From positions 416,001 to 480,000 of the forward strand of contig CM000430.1 in NCBI GenBank assembly GCA_000165345.1: 64,000 bases of DNA, given 5' to 3'. Below are positions 32,227 through 42,796 of this stretch, one piece after another. The notes beneath the pieces were generated by a model. That model did no database searches. It was not told the origin of the DNA and worked only from the letters and a program-made list of their open reading frames with translations. The first letter of the stretch is position 1. Each line of letters starts with the position of its first letter. Made by a program: the position numbers and the translations under genes.

Positions 32227-34728
32227 TCACTTAACACCCTTTAAAATATTTGATAATGATTGTATTGAACAGATTATAGTTACAGCTTGTTTTGCCTTGC
32301 ATACGACTATTAGGTAATATATTAATTCTGTATATGAAAAAACTATTCTACACCTTTCAAAGTCTGAGCGTAGGATTCTCTGAGGAGATCGAATTGTTTT
32401 TTTGAGCAAAACTTTTAATTCAAGGGGAAGGAAGCTGTTGTGAACCAATTCTGTCATTTCAAATTTGACAATTCCACATAGTTTAAATACGTAGCTCCAG
32501 ATTGAAGACCTTATGGGATTAGTTGTGGGAACCTTATAAATATCACAAATTGTTGTAATGTTCTTATTGCAGTTATATAAAAGAATGTCTAATTCGTCCT
32601 TAATACACTTTGAGCATTCTCCTGAGTAAATCGATAAAATAGACCATGCAGTTTCAGAATAGAATTCATATTCTAGCATTTGAATTGAAAAACTATTAAG
32701 CATGCTCATGAAGTGTGCATTTTTATTTGTAAGGCATCCATTCTTCAATTCTTTTTTGTTTTTTCTAAACTCAAAGGTCTTTTCATTGTCTTTAAAACTA
32801 AATTTTTTGTTGGATTCCAGCTTATTTAGAACTAAATTAGGGCTTTCTATCCCAATAAAGTTGCTTATATGTTTGAATCTTCCGGATAAAGAATTAAACT
32901 GCAATTTTGGTTTAGAATTCATCACAGAGGAAAGAAGAACTCGATCAGCCTTATGCTTGTCAGAGTTTGATCTGAATAGAGGAATTTCGTCTTTGCTAAT
33001 ACCTAAAATATCGCCTTGGGGCGGAAAGTGATTAAGCAGATCCTTTATTCTAATCAAAGTTGAAACCTCTCCTTCATATTTTTGTTTTGAATGATACTCA
33101 CTCTCAAGATTTTTTTCATTATCATTAAAATTCTTAGTGTTGATTTGAGTGTATTCTTGCAGATATTCATTGGATCTAATTTGACTATCTGAAAATAAGG
33201 GCGTTCTATCTGAATTAGAGTAGTCTTTCCCCTCGTTAATTTGTTTCCTTTTTAACTTTACACTAATTGAGCTATCTAATATCCACTTTAAATCTATAAA
33301 GGAATTTATTTGAGAAAATAATCTAAGGTTGTAAATCTTGTTTAAACTGAAAATTGGAAGCTTTAAAAAACTTAATTTTGGCATTGACATATTTTTGTTT
33401 GTATTTGAAGTTGAATGATTGTTTTTTATACGATGGGTATAATTTTTTTCTTCCTTTTCTACATCTATATATTCTGATAAAATTTCTTTATAGTATGATG
33501 TTGTTAAGCTATCGGGATTTGAATTTTCATGAAAGAAATTCGATGAGATTACCTTTCGATATTCAAAGCAATCTTTCATAGTGGCTGGGTTTGGTTTGTA
33601 GCATGTATTCCCATCGCAATTCGGTCCTTCCAATGGATCTGGGCCAAGCTCCCAATGATCCATAGATGTTATTCCAAATGAACATGACAATTGCGATATT
33701 GATTGTATTGTTGTAACAATACATAAAATATGGCATAGTTCTGTTATTGTCCAAACTTGAGTATCTGAAACTTCTCCTATCAAATGGTTCATAAGTTCAT
33801 TAGAAATGTAGGCAGGTTCAAATGTAATACATTTTAGAAATTCAAAAAGCGCAAAGAATTTAACTGGTAGAGAATCTGAAGGATTTTCCAACCATTCAAT
33901 TGGACCATTGTTAAATATATACATTTGCATTTCTAATTTGATCATGTAATCGTTGTCGTATAAAGATGAACATAAAATCCCAATAAAGTGACGGTAGTGT
34001 AGTGGTAAAGCACCAAAGTTTTGATCTTCCATATTTATTTTGTAAGATTTGAGTAGCGCTTTTGCATATTCTGGAAGTATGTAAACAATTCTAAATACAG
34101 ACGGAATTCTCCCATAAAATGTATTGAAAACATCTTTCCAAAAAGTTTCGTTCTCATCTAAATAAAACTTGTTAGGAAAAAACCCAGGGGTACCAGGAAC
34201 TAAATACTCTGGAGAAATGAATCTTCCACAAGGAAGACAATGTTGATTATTTTCGCTATTTTCTGATGTAAATATTTTGATTGCTTCTCTAATTGAAATG
34301 CTACTTCCTCCCAGGGTGATGTTGAATAATAAATCCGGGTGTATATCTTTGATTTTCGTATAAAATAATGTGCTACTATACTCTGTTAATAACTTCTTTG
34401 GGTCCTCGTCTCTTCTTGAACCAATTGACCACGTTTCATTCAAACTGTTGATAATTGATTGCCAACTATTGGAAATAGACTCTCGAATATCTGAGTAGGG
34501 ATTTAGGCAAGTTGATAAGCGAAGAAGAATGCATAAAGATTGTTCAAATTTCCAGTAACTTGTTTCTCCATTTAACAATATTTGTTTCTGTATTACGTTG
34601 ACTCTATTTTCTATGTATCTTCCAATACTATTTGATTTTAGTCTTCCCCAGTTTGGAATATCCAAAAAAATACTAACAAATTCCTTATAGTTAACTAAAA
34701 GAAGAGATATTGGAAAACCATTATCCAT
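32227..34728 (-). CDS. Sestrin (PA26) family protein, 833 aa with insertions
   Basis: Sesn-A-like block GALPLHYRHFIGILCSS...GPIEWLEN...WTITELCHILCIVTTIQSISQLSCSFGI versus human sestrin [24 protein letters not shown]...WSLxELxxAxVLLxHxHxLxSFVFGCGI. Sesn-C-like block IRSSIWSYVFKLCGIVKFEMTELVHNSFLPLELKVLLKKTIRSP versus [43 protein letters not shown]. Confidence 0.6.
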   Translation of the reverse strand: MDNGFPISLLLVNYKEFVSIFLDIPNWGRLKSNSIGRYIENRVNVIQKQILLNGETSYWKFEQSLCILLRLSTCLNPYSDIRESISNSWQSIINSLNETWSIGSRRDEDPKKLLTEYSSTLFYTKIKDIHPDLLFNITLGGSSISIREAIKIFTSENSENNQHCLPCGRFISPEYLVPGTPGFFPNKFYLDENETFWKDVFNTFYGRIPSVFRIVYILPEYAKALLKSYKINMEDQNFGALPLHYRHFIGILCSSLYDNDYMIKLEMQMYIFNNGPIEWLENPSDSLPVKFFALFEFLKCITFEPAYISNELMNHLIGEVSDTQVWTITELCHILCIVTTIQSISQLSCSFGITSMDHWELGPDPLEGPNCDGNTCYKPNPATMKDCFEYRKVISSNFFHENSNPDSLTTSYYKEILSEYIDVEKEEKNYTHRIKNNHSTSNTNKNMSMPKLSFLKLPIFSLNKIYNLRLFSQINSFIDLKWILDSSISVKLKRKQINEGKDYSNSDRTPLFSDSQIRSNEYLQEYTQINTKNFNDNEKNLESEYHSKQKYEGEVSTLIRIKDLLNHFPPQGDILGISKDEIPLFRSNSDKHKADRVLLSSVMNSKPKLQFNSLSGRFKHISNFIGIESPNLVLNKLESNKKFSFKDNEKTFEFRKNKKELKNGCLTNKNAHFMSMLNSFSIQMLEYEFYSETAWSILSIYSGECSKCIKDELDILLYNCNKNITTICDIYKVPTTNPIRSSIWSYVFKLCGIVKFEMTELVHNSFLPLELKVLLKKTIRSPQRILRSDFERCRIVFSYTELIYYLIVVCKAKQAVTIICSIQSLSNILKGVK

Positions 34729-34890
34729 AGTTTGACACTAGTTTTTGTAGATAACATATTCAATAATTATACGCTTACGAATAAATAGATAGTAGCTTAC
34801 CGCCAATAAGGCAAATTTTTTTGGTACTTAAAAACTGTTAAAACAATATTCATTAAAAGCCTAAACACTTATAATGAAACTATTAAAGAT

Positions 34891-36276
34891 TCAACAGTAA
34901 AATCTAGAATCTAATGTATTACTATGAATATTAGTACAATGAAAATTATGGAATGAGCCAATACCTCCAGTTCCATTTATATTTTTATTAGCTTCTGCAT
35001 TACTCATTAAAATATTTCCCAGTCCTGATTCAACTTGGGAGTTACATAGTGTATTGCCAGATACCAGGTTTTGATGATTTTGCCTTCCTAATTGTCTCTG
35101 AAGGAGCTGCTCATTGCATTTATCAACAATAAAGGATAAAACTACGGATGGTAGGGTCTCTAATCCATTCATGGACCCATCGGAAGCAAATTTTGCACTA
35201 ACTGGCAGTGTTGTCAGGCCACTAAATGATGATGGAAAGTATGAAATTGTAATGTAAGAAAGATTTTGCGAAATTTCTGCGCATGGATGAATATTCCTGT
35301 TTTCTCTAAATGAAATAGACTGTTGTTGTTCACGCCATTGATCTGTTTTAAACGGATAGCCTACTGAAAATCCTGTAACTTGTGCCGAGCTGTTTGCATT
35401 AGAAATTCCGGTATTAAAAGCTCTGTAATGCTCGTTTGTATTGGATATATATTGATTATCGCACTTTAACTGTGTGCTGTTTTGGATATAACCACCATTA
35501 AAAGTATCAATTTTTGGATTGTCTGAACATAGAGAAATAGATGAATCATCTTTTAACTGGTTATTAAAATGGTTAACACTGTGCTCGGAATTAGTATTAT
35601 TTACATTTTTACCTGAAATAATTTTTGACAAGTTTCTCCTTCTTGACCATCTCTGTCTATCTGCAACTCTACAGGGCTCACATGATCTCATATGGGGTGT
35701 TGCATCACGCTTGTGACATCTCCAGCAAAGTTTTGGGTCGTCTCTACGTCTCCTTACCATGTTATTTTCTTTATTAATTGATTTAAATTTGTCTGAATTT
35801 ACCTTTTCTGTCAGATTATTCTCCAAATACGAAAACAAATTAAGGTTTTGGCTGGACTCCACATATTGATTTTCAGTTTTAAATTGGTTTTGATCTTTTA
35901 ATAAACAGTCTATTATTATTGATTTTGGAGTTTCTTCTTGAGAAAATGAGATAGACTCTGAAATCTTTTTATGATTTGTATTACCTCTGTGTATTTCCAG
36001 AAATTTTGGATTGCATTCAGAAGCGTTCACTTCTTCTGAAATATTGTTCGTACTGAAGCTACATTTGGAATTACTATGATTGTAATTTACATTTCCGTTT
36101 ACGTTTACGTTAACATTTACATTTAACTTATTACTGGTATTTTGAATACTTGTATTCAAGATTTTAGGAGAGTTGCTTAAATTGCTTGATGTCTCGTTCC
36201 AATTGCAAGCCTCTTCATCAAAAGATAAGATCATATCAGAGTTGATATATATTTCAGGAATTTGTATCCCTTCCAT
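34891..36276 (-). CDS. Asn-rich low-complexity protein with a basic Cys cluster (possible zinc ribbon/GATA-like), 461 aa
   Basis: Long ORF with an (NV)n repeat and N-rich tracts. Central RRRRDDPKLCWRCHKRDATPHMRSCEPCRVADRQRWSRRRN has a C-x2-C-x11-C-x2-C pattern in a basic context. Confidence 0.4.
   Translation of the reverse strand: MEGIQIPEIYINSDMILSFDEEACNWNETSSNLSNSPKILNTSIQNTSNKLNVNVNVNVNGNVNYNHSNSKCSFSTNNISEEVNASECNPKFLEIHRGNTNHKKISESISFSQEETPKSIIIDCLLKDQNQFKTENQYVESSQNLNLFSYLENNLTEKVNSDKFKSINKENNMVRRRRDDPKLCWRCHKRDATPHMRSCEPCRVADRQRWSRRRNLSKIISGKNVNNTNSEHSVNHFNNQLKDDSSISLCSDNPKIDTFNGGYIQNSTQLKCDNQYISNTNEHYRAFNTGISNANSSAQVTGFSVGYPFKTDQWREQQQSISFRENRNIHPCAEISQNLSYITISYFPSSFSGLTTLPVSAKFASDGSMNGLETLPSVVLSFIVDKCNEQLLQRQLGRQNHQNLVSGNTLCNSQVESGLGNILMSNAEANKNINGTGGIGSFHNFHCTNIHSNTLDSRFYC
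36082..36130. repeat. Imperfect hexanucleotide tandem repeat (TACRTT-like x8) encoding NVNVNVNVNGNVNYN on the minus strand
   Basis: gtaatt tacatt tccgtt tacgtt tacgtt aacatt tacatt taactt, read directly from the sequence. Lies inside the 34891..36276 ORF. Confidence 0.7.
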
Positions 36277-36606
36277 ATGACTGTCTTTATGAGACCTTAT
36301 TAATAACTTTCAATTAGTAAATATATATCAAAGTTCAAGTACATAGGATATCTAAACTCGTATTAAATCAAAACAGCTTAAATCTTCAGAAGTTCGGTTG
36401 CTTACATTTAGCATCTCTAATTATTTTGAAATATTCTGAATTTTCAAAAAAGGAATTTTTTCTCGTAAAAATTTCCCTCGTAAAAAAATTGGCTCCAAAA
36501 ATTGTCCCTCGCAACTATATTGAACTGTTCTAAAAAAAAACACATGGAAGATTACTTGAATTTAAAAAAGCAATATACTTGAGGTAAACTTCTCTAATTT
36601 ATCAAG

Positions 36607-37419
36607 ATGATGCAGAGTGAAGGTAGGTTTAACTCATCTTGGTCATTCTGTCCAAGCTAATTATCTTTAGACTGTAGTGATACTACCTTTACTACAACAA
36701 ATAATCCCTACTTAAGACTCTTAAATGCGTATATTGAAAAGACAACTGTTTACCCCAAATCCAGATGGTGTTTTTTATTCATTTTGATTTCAATTTTTGC
36801 ATTTAGAGTATATCATTGTCAAGGTATGTTACATTGTCATTAAAGTAGAATAATAACGTTTCGATTTATTATAAAATATATTTAACTTATTCTATATTTA
36901 TTTGGTATATTTTCTTAAATGCACTAATTATAGGTTTTTTTATAGTTACATATGGCCTTTCAATTTATTTATTAAATTTATTCATTGGGTTTTTGTCTCC
37001 GCAAATTGATCCAGAAGAAGAAGGTATGGTTCTTCCCATGCATGACACTCAAGAGTTCAGACCATTTGAAAGGAGGCTTCCAGAATTTAAATTTTGGATA
37101 TCTGCAACAAAAGCGACTATTGCTTCAATATTTCTAACATTCTTTGAAGTGTTTGACCTGCCTGTTTTCTGGCCGATACTTCTAATTTACTTTATTTTTT
37201 TGTTCATTTTGACAATGAGACAGCAAATTCAGGTAAGTGTATAAAATTATTATTGCATTTTAAAATAGTGACTAATATCCTTAGCATATGATAAAATACC
37301 GTTATGTTCCTTTTTCATGGGGGAAGCAAACGTATGGAGATATTACAAAGGGAAAACCAACAATAAATAAGAAAACAAGCCTGGGGGGAATAGGCTTGAC
37401 TTTGATAGGCGATAAGTAA
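36607..37419 (+). CDS. RER1: Rer1 (retrieval receptor for ER membrane proteins), 4 exons, about 200 aa
   Basis: Model: join(36607..36622, 36671..36823, 36934..37232, 37285..37419) with GTAGGT/GTATGT/GTAAGT donors and AG acceptors. The translation gives ...[16 protein letters not shown]...[27 protein letters not shown]...[15 protein letters not shown]...[37 protein letters not shown]..., matching yeast/human Rer1 almost motif for motif. The ORF track shows only exon 3. Confidence 0.85.
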
Positions 37420-37592
37420 CATTTCAATTAATACTATTTTTACTTGTTTTTTTTTCAAATTTTCAACAAGTTTACTTAAGGAGAATATGCGCCAATTGTA
37501 AATTTTATAGTCATTAGAACAATAAACTTCTAGATGAATAGATCTATAAGATTTTTCATAAATAATATTTATTTGAATTATTATTTTATTTA

Positions 37593-39626
37593 ATGGTCAG
37601 GTCAATATTATTTGCTCTTCCTCCTATTCCTGTTGGGCTACATGGGGAATTAGCTTCTGGACCAGTGATTCAAAGTAGTGTTGCAGAGTTTGCTTTTAAA
37701 AAAAAGATAGAACCGGTTGGTGAAGCATTTTTTTACAGGTATGAAGTGAAATACTCAAATAAAATTAACTTTTTAAAAGAAAAAATTAAAATTGAGAGTT
37801 CGATTCCTATCAATAATATCTATTCTCAAGAAGAGTGTAAAAAAAAATCTAAGAAGATATCTGGAAATAAGTCAGGAAACAAACTTGCCAAGGGCGTTTT
37901 ATCGTTGGCACGCCTGAAAGAGCTAGTTGAAGAAAAGGAAACTCTCTATGAAAAATTAGGGTTGGATGAAAATGTATGTGTTAAGGAAATTAAACAGGCA
38001 TACAGAAGACTAGTGCTTTCACACCATCCTGATAAAAATAAGGAAAATAGTTCAGACGCAAGGTCCGAAGAATTTCTTAAAATTCAGGAAGCATATGAAA
38101 TTTTGAGCGATAAGAATCTGAGGCACGCATACGATTCTGCATTGCCATTTGACGATTCTATACCAAGTGTTTACGTTAGCGAAAATAATGATTTTTACGA
38201 ATTTAAAGACTTTTTTTCACCTATTTTTCGCAGAAATTCACGATGGTCAATAGTAAAACCAGTCCCTGAAATAGGAAACATTGATGACAATATTGAAGTT
38301 ATTGAAAGCTTTTATGAATTTTGGAGAGGATTCCAATCGAATAGAGACTTTAGTATCCATGAAGAGCATGAGCTGAACCATGCGGAATGTAGAGAAGAAA
38401 AAAGGTGGATGGAACGACAAAATTTTAAAATTCGCTCAAAATATATTAGAAATGAAATTTCTAGAATTAACAGGCTTGTCGATCTCGCATATAAAAATGA
38501 TCCAAGGATTAAACAACACTTTGAAAATCTTAACAAGAGAAAAGAAGAGGAAAAGCGTAAGAAACTAGAACAGAAGAAAATTGAGGAAGAGAAAAAGCGT
38601 CTAATGGATGAACAACAGAAAAAAAAAGCAATTGAGCTAAAATCAGCGATTAAATCATTGCGAGTTTCAATAAGGAACAAAATGAAAAATATTTCTGATG
38701 TAAATATTTTTTTTGATAAATTTCAAAAGGAAGATTTTTCAGTATGTTTAAAAACTATTGAGGATTTTGATTGGATTCATATTTTTTTAAAAAATATGCA
38801 TTTAACTGAAGCAGCCCAAATCAATTCCATTGAAAAAATTAATTTAAAGCTATGGGAAGAATGGCTCCTTAAATTAGATCGCTTTCAACTTGAGCAATTA
38901 GACAATTTTTTGAATAAATGGATTGAAGTGTTTGGCGAGAATTGCAGTGATGATTATTTGAAAAAATTATACTTGATTTTTACTATTAAAATCCTTAACA
39001 TAAACAATTTTGATGCAAACAAGTCTTTGCAACCTACGAAAAAAATCAATGAAAGCAATATGTCTAATCTTTCGAACGATTACGTAACTGTAAATACCGA
39101 AAATTTATCTTCTGATTGGACAGTTTCAGAAATGAGTCTGCTCGCAAAAGCTCTCCAAAAATATCCCGGTGGTTACAAAAATAGATGGGATATGATTTCC
39201 GAATACCTTAAAAATACGAAAACAAAGGAGCAGATATTAACAAAAGTTAAAGAGCTATCCGAGTCTGAGAAATTGGCGAAGCTTTCCAATGAAGTCAAAG
39301 AAGATTCAGCCTTTGACACATTTATTCAGTCTAACAAAGGCGTTTTAAAAAAATTTGACAATATTCCCGATGTTAGAGATTATTCAGGTACTTCAATAAT
39401 AAACAATAGCGCAAAAAATGATGCTACACAGCAGAAGAAAGAAATTGATCTTTGGACTAGAGACCAGCAATGTTCATTAGAGAGAGCATTGAAACAATAT
39501 CCTTCTTCTTTACCTTCAAATGAAAGGTGGGAGTTAATCTCTTCTTGTATTCCAGGAAAAGATTCATCGCAATGTCTTGCTAGATACAAATTAATAAGAG
39601 AACGGTTATTAAAGAAACAAAAGTAA
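37593..39626 (+). CDS. Zuotin/DNAJC2 (ribosome-associated J-protein with DnaJ plus two SANT domains), 677 aa
   Basis: N-terminal zuotin motif IEPVGEAFF. J domain LYEKLGLDENVCVKEIKQAYRRLVLSHHPDKN...EFLKIQEAYEILSD, followed by a charged K/E helix. Two C-terminal SANT/Myb repeats (WTVSEMSLLAKALQKYPGGYKNRW...; WTRDQQCSLERALKQYP...RW). Confidence 0.85.
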   Translation: MVRSILFALPPIPVGLHGELASGPVIQSSVAEFAFKKKIEPVGEAFFYRYEVKYSNKINFLKEKIKIESSIPINNIYSQEECKKKSKKISGNKSGNKLAKGVLSLARLKELVEEKETLYEKLGLDENVCVKEIKQAYRRLVLSHHPDKNKENSSDARSEEFLKIQEAYEILSDKNLRHAYDSALPFDDSIPSVYVSENNDFYEFKDFFSPIFRRNSRWSIVKPVPEIGNIDDNIEVIESFYEFWRGFQSNRDFSIHEEHELNHAECREEKRWMERQNFKIRSKYIRNEISRINRLVDLAYKNDPRIKQHFENLNKRKEEEKRKKLEQKKIEEEKKRLMDEQQKKKAIELKSAIKSLRVSIRNKMKNISDVNIFFDKFQKEDFSVCLKTIEDFDWIHIFLKNMHLTEAAQINSIEKINLKLWEEWLLKLDRFQLEQLDNFLNKWIEVFGENCSDDYLKKLYLIFTIKILNINNFDANKSLQPTKKINESNMSNLSNDYVTVNTENLSSDWTVSEMSLLAKALQKYPGGYKNRWDMISEYLKNTKTKEQILTKVKELSESEKLAKLSNEVKEDSAFDTFIQSNKGVLKKFDNIPDVRDYSGTSIINNSAKNDATQQKKEIDLWTRDQQCSLERALKQYPSSLPSNERWELISSCIPGKDSSQCLARYKLIRERLLKKQK

Positions 39627-39660
39627 TATTTGTAAAAATTTAAAAGCAAATACCTCATCG

Positions 39661-40698
39661 TTAATTCTTATTGTCTGTAAATAATAAGATTGGAGATGGT
39701 TTTGATGTTGGCAATGGAGACAAGAAGCTATTATATATCTTTCTTGTTGGAGTAGAACTATTGGCTTTAGCTTTAGTAGATTTATCATCAACTGATTCAA
39801 TTAAAATACTAGGAATTGAAGATTTTCTGTGTTTGCTTATTGCGTTTTTCTTAACACCGCTTTCTGAATTTGATACGCTGGAAAGGAGCCTTCCAGGCAA
39901 TGAGTTCCTTACTCTTTTGTTTGTAATTCTGAATTGTAGCGAGGAAATGTAGTCTTCGAATCTGCTTCTAGCAAATTCTATATTTGAGTGAAAAGAATAT
40001 CCAACAGATCTAAATAATCGCGAATTAGAGTTTTTTGTTTCTGCAGCCTTAGCCAATGTATTTGTATTGCTGCCTATCAAAATATTCGAATTTTGTAATT
40101 GGCTATTGTTATGTATTCCACGGTAGTGCTCACTTTGATAGTTTCTTGCGATGTCTGCCGCTTGAATAAAGGTATCTGCCAGTAGTGAAGGGCTGCAAAT
40201 CTTATGTGAGGAATTATAACAGTTATTATGTTGATATAATTTTTTGCTAGTATTAGGTGAATTCATGCTTAAACCAAAAAACGATAGCTTAGAGTCATGA
40301 AATAATATATCAGTATCTTTCATTTCGCTTGAATGCGTTTCACTTTGAGATACAAATTTTTTATTTTTAATCTCACTAGGATCGTCTTCTCCTTGTTTAA
40401 CAGTAACCAAGCCACCACTCAAATAGTTTTCTCTTTCCCTGTTATACCTTTCGAAAACGCTAAGCATCAAATTACTGTTAAATTCAGCGAAATCCTCTTT
40501 TTTGTTGGCAAACTTTCCAAAATCAATTTCAATGTAGAGCGATTTTTTAAAATAAATATATGCACCATAAAAAGTAATTATTACAATTGAAATAGAAAGG
40601 AGTGATGTAATGATTCCAAACTCCTTCTCAAAATATTTCCATAAATAGTGCAAGCAAAAACATGATAAAATCGAAAGAAGTGGAGTTAAAAAAATCAT
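39661..40698 (-). CDS. Hypothetical membrane protein, S/N-rich, 345 aa
   Basis: Two N-terminal hydrophobic helices (LTPLLSILSCFCLHYLW; IITSLLSISIVIITFYGAYIYF), then a low-complexity S/N-rich region. No motif recognised. Confidence 0.4.
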   Translation of the reverse strand: MIFLTPLLSILSCFCLHYLWKYFEKEFGIITSLLSISIVIITFYGAYIYFKKSLYIEIDFGKFANKKEDFAEFNSNLMLSVFERYNRERENYLSGGLVTVKQGEDDPSEIKNKKFVSQSETHSSEMKDTDILFHDSKLSFFGLSMNSPNTSKKLYQHNNCYNSSHKICSPSLLADTFIQAADIARNYQSEHYRGIHNNSQLQNSNILIGSNTNTLAKAAETKNSNSRLFRSVGYSFHSNIEFARSRFEDYISSLQFRITNKRVRNSLPGRLLSSVSNSESGVKKNAISKHRKSSIPSILIESVDDKSTKAKANSSTPTRKIYNSFLSPLPTSKPSPILLFTDNKN

Positions 40699-40917
40699 AT
40701 TTACATATTAGTATTTTGCATCACTCAATTTATGGTGAAGTATTCTTGTATTCTTCTACAAAATTTCAGAAATTGAGAGTATTTTAAATTTAAAACGCGA
40801 ATTTTCTGAAATGTATTGTTCCATCTCATAATTTAACCCTATCATTAGGCGCAAGACATGAAAAAATAAATCGAGAAAAAAAATTTAGTATTTGTACACA
40901 AGTTTTTACCTATTTAA

Positions 40918-42603
40918 TTAATTTGAAATATTACACGAAATAACAGTAATATCATCAACAGACGTATTATTTGTCGAATTTAACCAAAAGCCTTGACATT
41001 TTTTTACTGCTGAATCAAGCTCTTTTTGTATGCAGAGCTTGTTATAATCTATTCTTGCCTCATCTGAAAATTTAAGGAACCCGTCTGTCGCCAGAATAAC
41101 TTTCATTGAACTCCCTTTTTCTATTTTCATTTCCCATATCTCAGGCTTATTTGAAATCCCAACTACTCTTCCATCAGAGTCTCCTAGACTTCTTGTAATA
41201 GAGAAAAGTTGTGGCTTTTTTTCTTCAATACGATTTAAAGAAAATCTGTTATTTTCATTTATAGTGGCTCCATTACCTATTATTCTCTCTTTCTCAACAA
41301 TATTGCTTAAATCGTGCCTTGGGGTTGAATAAATCGTGTCACCTGTATTTGAATCTACAATAATTCCCCCTGAGCTCCCTAACTGTACCATAATTAACCT
41401 TTCGAAGCCAATTATTGCAAAAGTAACGCTTGTGCCAGAAGTTCCGAAAGAACCTTCTCTTTCTAAATAGCCTTGAATTCCCTCGAATATTTTCAAAATC
41501 GAAATAATAATTCTTTTTTGGTTAAGTTCTTCTAGTGAACCTAAATAATGATTATAAGTGATATCTGAAATTTGGCTATTTTCCTCAAATTTGAAAGGCC
41601 CACCCAAAAAGATACTTTGTATTCCCTTAATGATCTTTTGCCTTACAATTGCAGCAACTTTATGTCCATAACGCCCGTGCCCATCAAAAACTCCAATAAT
41701 TAAGGTATTATTAGCTAGCTTTACAATGCAAAAATCGTCTTGATTCACCATACTTTTATTTATTCTTTTGCCCTTAACACACGCAAAGCTAATTCCCATT
41801 TCTGTAAGATTATTCTTGGCCAATTCTTCGCACGGCCTCCAAATGCATTTCTTTCTAGAGAACACTTCATTATCGTCATTTGAGTAGTCTCCACAAACAT
41901 AAAGTTTGAATGAATCTTCATCTAGTTCTTTATTAGCGTGTTTATTATTTCTAGCTTTAACTTTCAAGGGTGGAAGAGACTCTCTACCTTGTAGTGAAAT
42001 ACCGGAAAATTTAATCATTTCTTTGTGAAATAATTCTAATTTTAATTTTAACATTTGGTTTTCTCCCTCTTTACATATAATTATTTCCTTCAATTCAGAT
42101 ATTTGTTTTTTTAATTCCCTGTTTTCTTCGTATATGCTTTTTTCGTTGCAAATTGCAGATTCTCCTATTTGTTTTGCTGAGTTTATTTCTTTGGAAATAG
42201 TTCCAAAGGAAAGTCCGAGATTTGAATTTCCATTTCTCTTTTCAATGCTTAAAAGTGAGTTAAGTTTTTGCCTTGAAAGCTCTTCTAGTGATCTTTCAGT
42301 GCTTAATTCAAGCCTTGAGCTTCGAATTTCCTTTAAATTTATATTCCCTCTTACAGGGCTAGGAGATCTGGAAATTCTCCCTGCTCTTCTATGGATAAAG
42401 CTTGCAAAATTAGTTATTTGAGATCCTGAACTGGAGTTTAATCTATTCCATCCGCTTATTGTTGCAGACTGTTTGCTTGGACCAATTATGTAGCTTGGAG
42501 ATGGAGCAGAATTTTTTGTAGACAAAGTCGATAGGTGGCCTCCTGATAATGCTAGCTTTCCTTTACAGGAAATATTCTGATTTGAAGAATTGTACATATG
42601 CAC
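40918..42603 (-). CDS. PP2C-family Ser/Thr protein phosphatase with N-terminal coiled-coil region, 561 aa
   Basis: PP2C motifs FCIVKL...IGVFDGHGRYGHKVAAIV, GTSGTSVTFAII, ILATDGFLKFS and DDITVI. N-terminal S-rich region plus a coiled coil (ENRELKKQISELKEII...). Confidence 0.8.
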   Translation of the reverse strand: MHMYNSSNQNISCKGKLALSGGHLSTLSTKNSAPSPSYIIGPSKQSATISGWNRLNSSSGSQITNFASFIHRRAGRISRSPSPVRGNINLKEIRSSRLELSTERSLEELSRQKLNSLLSIEKRNGNSNLGLSFGTISKEINSAKQIGESAICNEKSIYEENRELKKQISELKEIIICKEGENQMLKLKLELFHKEMIKFSGISLQGRESLPPLKVKARNNKHANKELDEDSFKLYVCGDYSNDDNEVFSRKKCIWRPCEELAKNNLTEMGISFACVKGKRINKSMVNQDDFCIVKLANNTLIIGVFDGHGRYGHKVAAIVRQKIIKGIQSIFLGGPFKFEENSQISDITYNHYLGSLEELNQKRIIISILKIFEGIQGYLEREGSFGTSGTSVTFAIIGFERLIMVQLGSSGGIIVDSNTGDTIYSTPRHDLSNIVEKERIIGNGATINENNRFSLNRIEEKKPQLFSITRSLGDSDGRVVGISNKPEIWEMKIEKGSSMKVILATDGFLKFSDEARIDYNKLCIQKELDSAVKKCQGFWLNSTNNTSVDDITVISCNISN

Positions 42604-42796
42604 TATTCAATTATTTGAGTAACTTAAAATAACATATTTCCCTTTTATAGTTGTCCTCATTGACTGAAATGACTTTTCACACAAGACAAAACGTTGGCCA
42701 GGCTAGTTATTAGACTAAAGAGGGGGGAGCTAAATTTAAACAATTAATAGATTTAAATATGATTAAATATTCTAAATTAATTATGATTAGTGCCAT

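Noticed and set aside
37593-37800. Possible small intron (gtatgaagtg...ttaaaag) near the 5' end of the zuotin ORF.
   Set aside because: The uninterrupted reading frame is equally plausible and keeps the IEPVGEAFF motif. This cannot be decided without transcript data.
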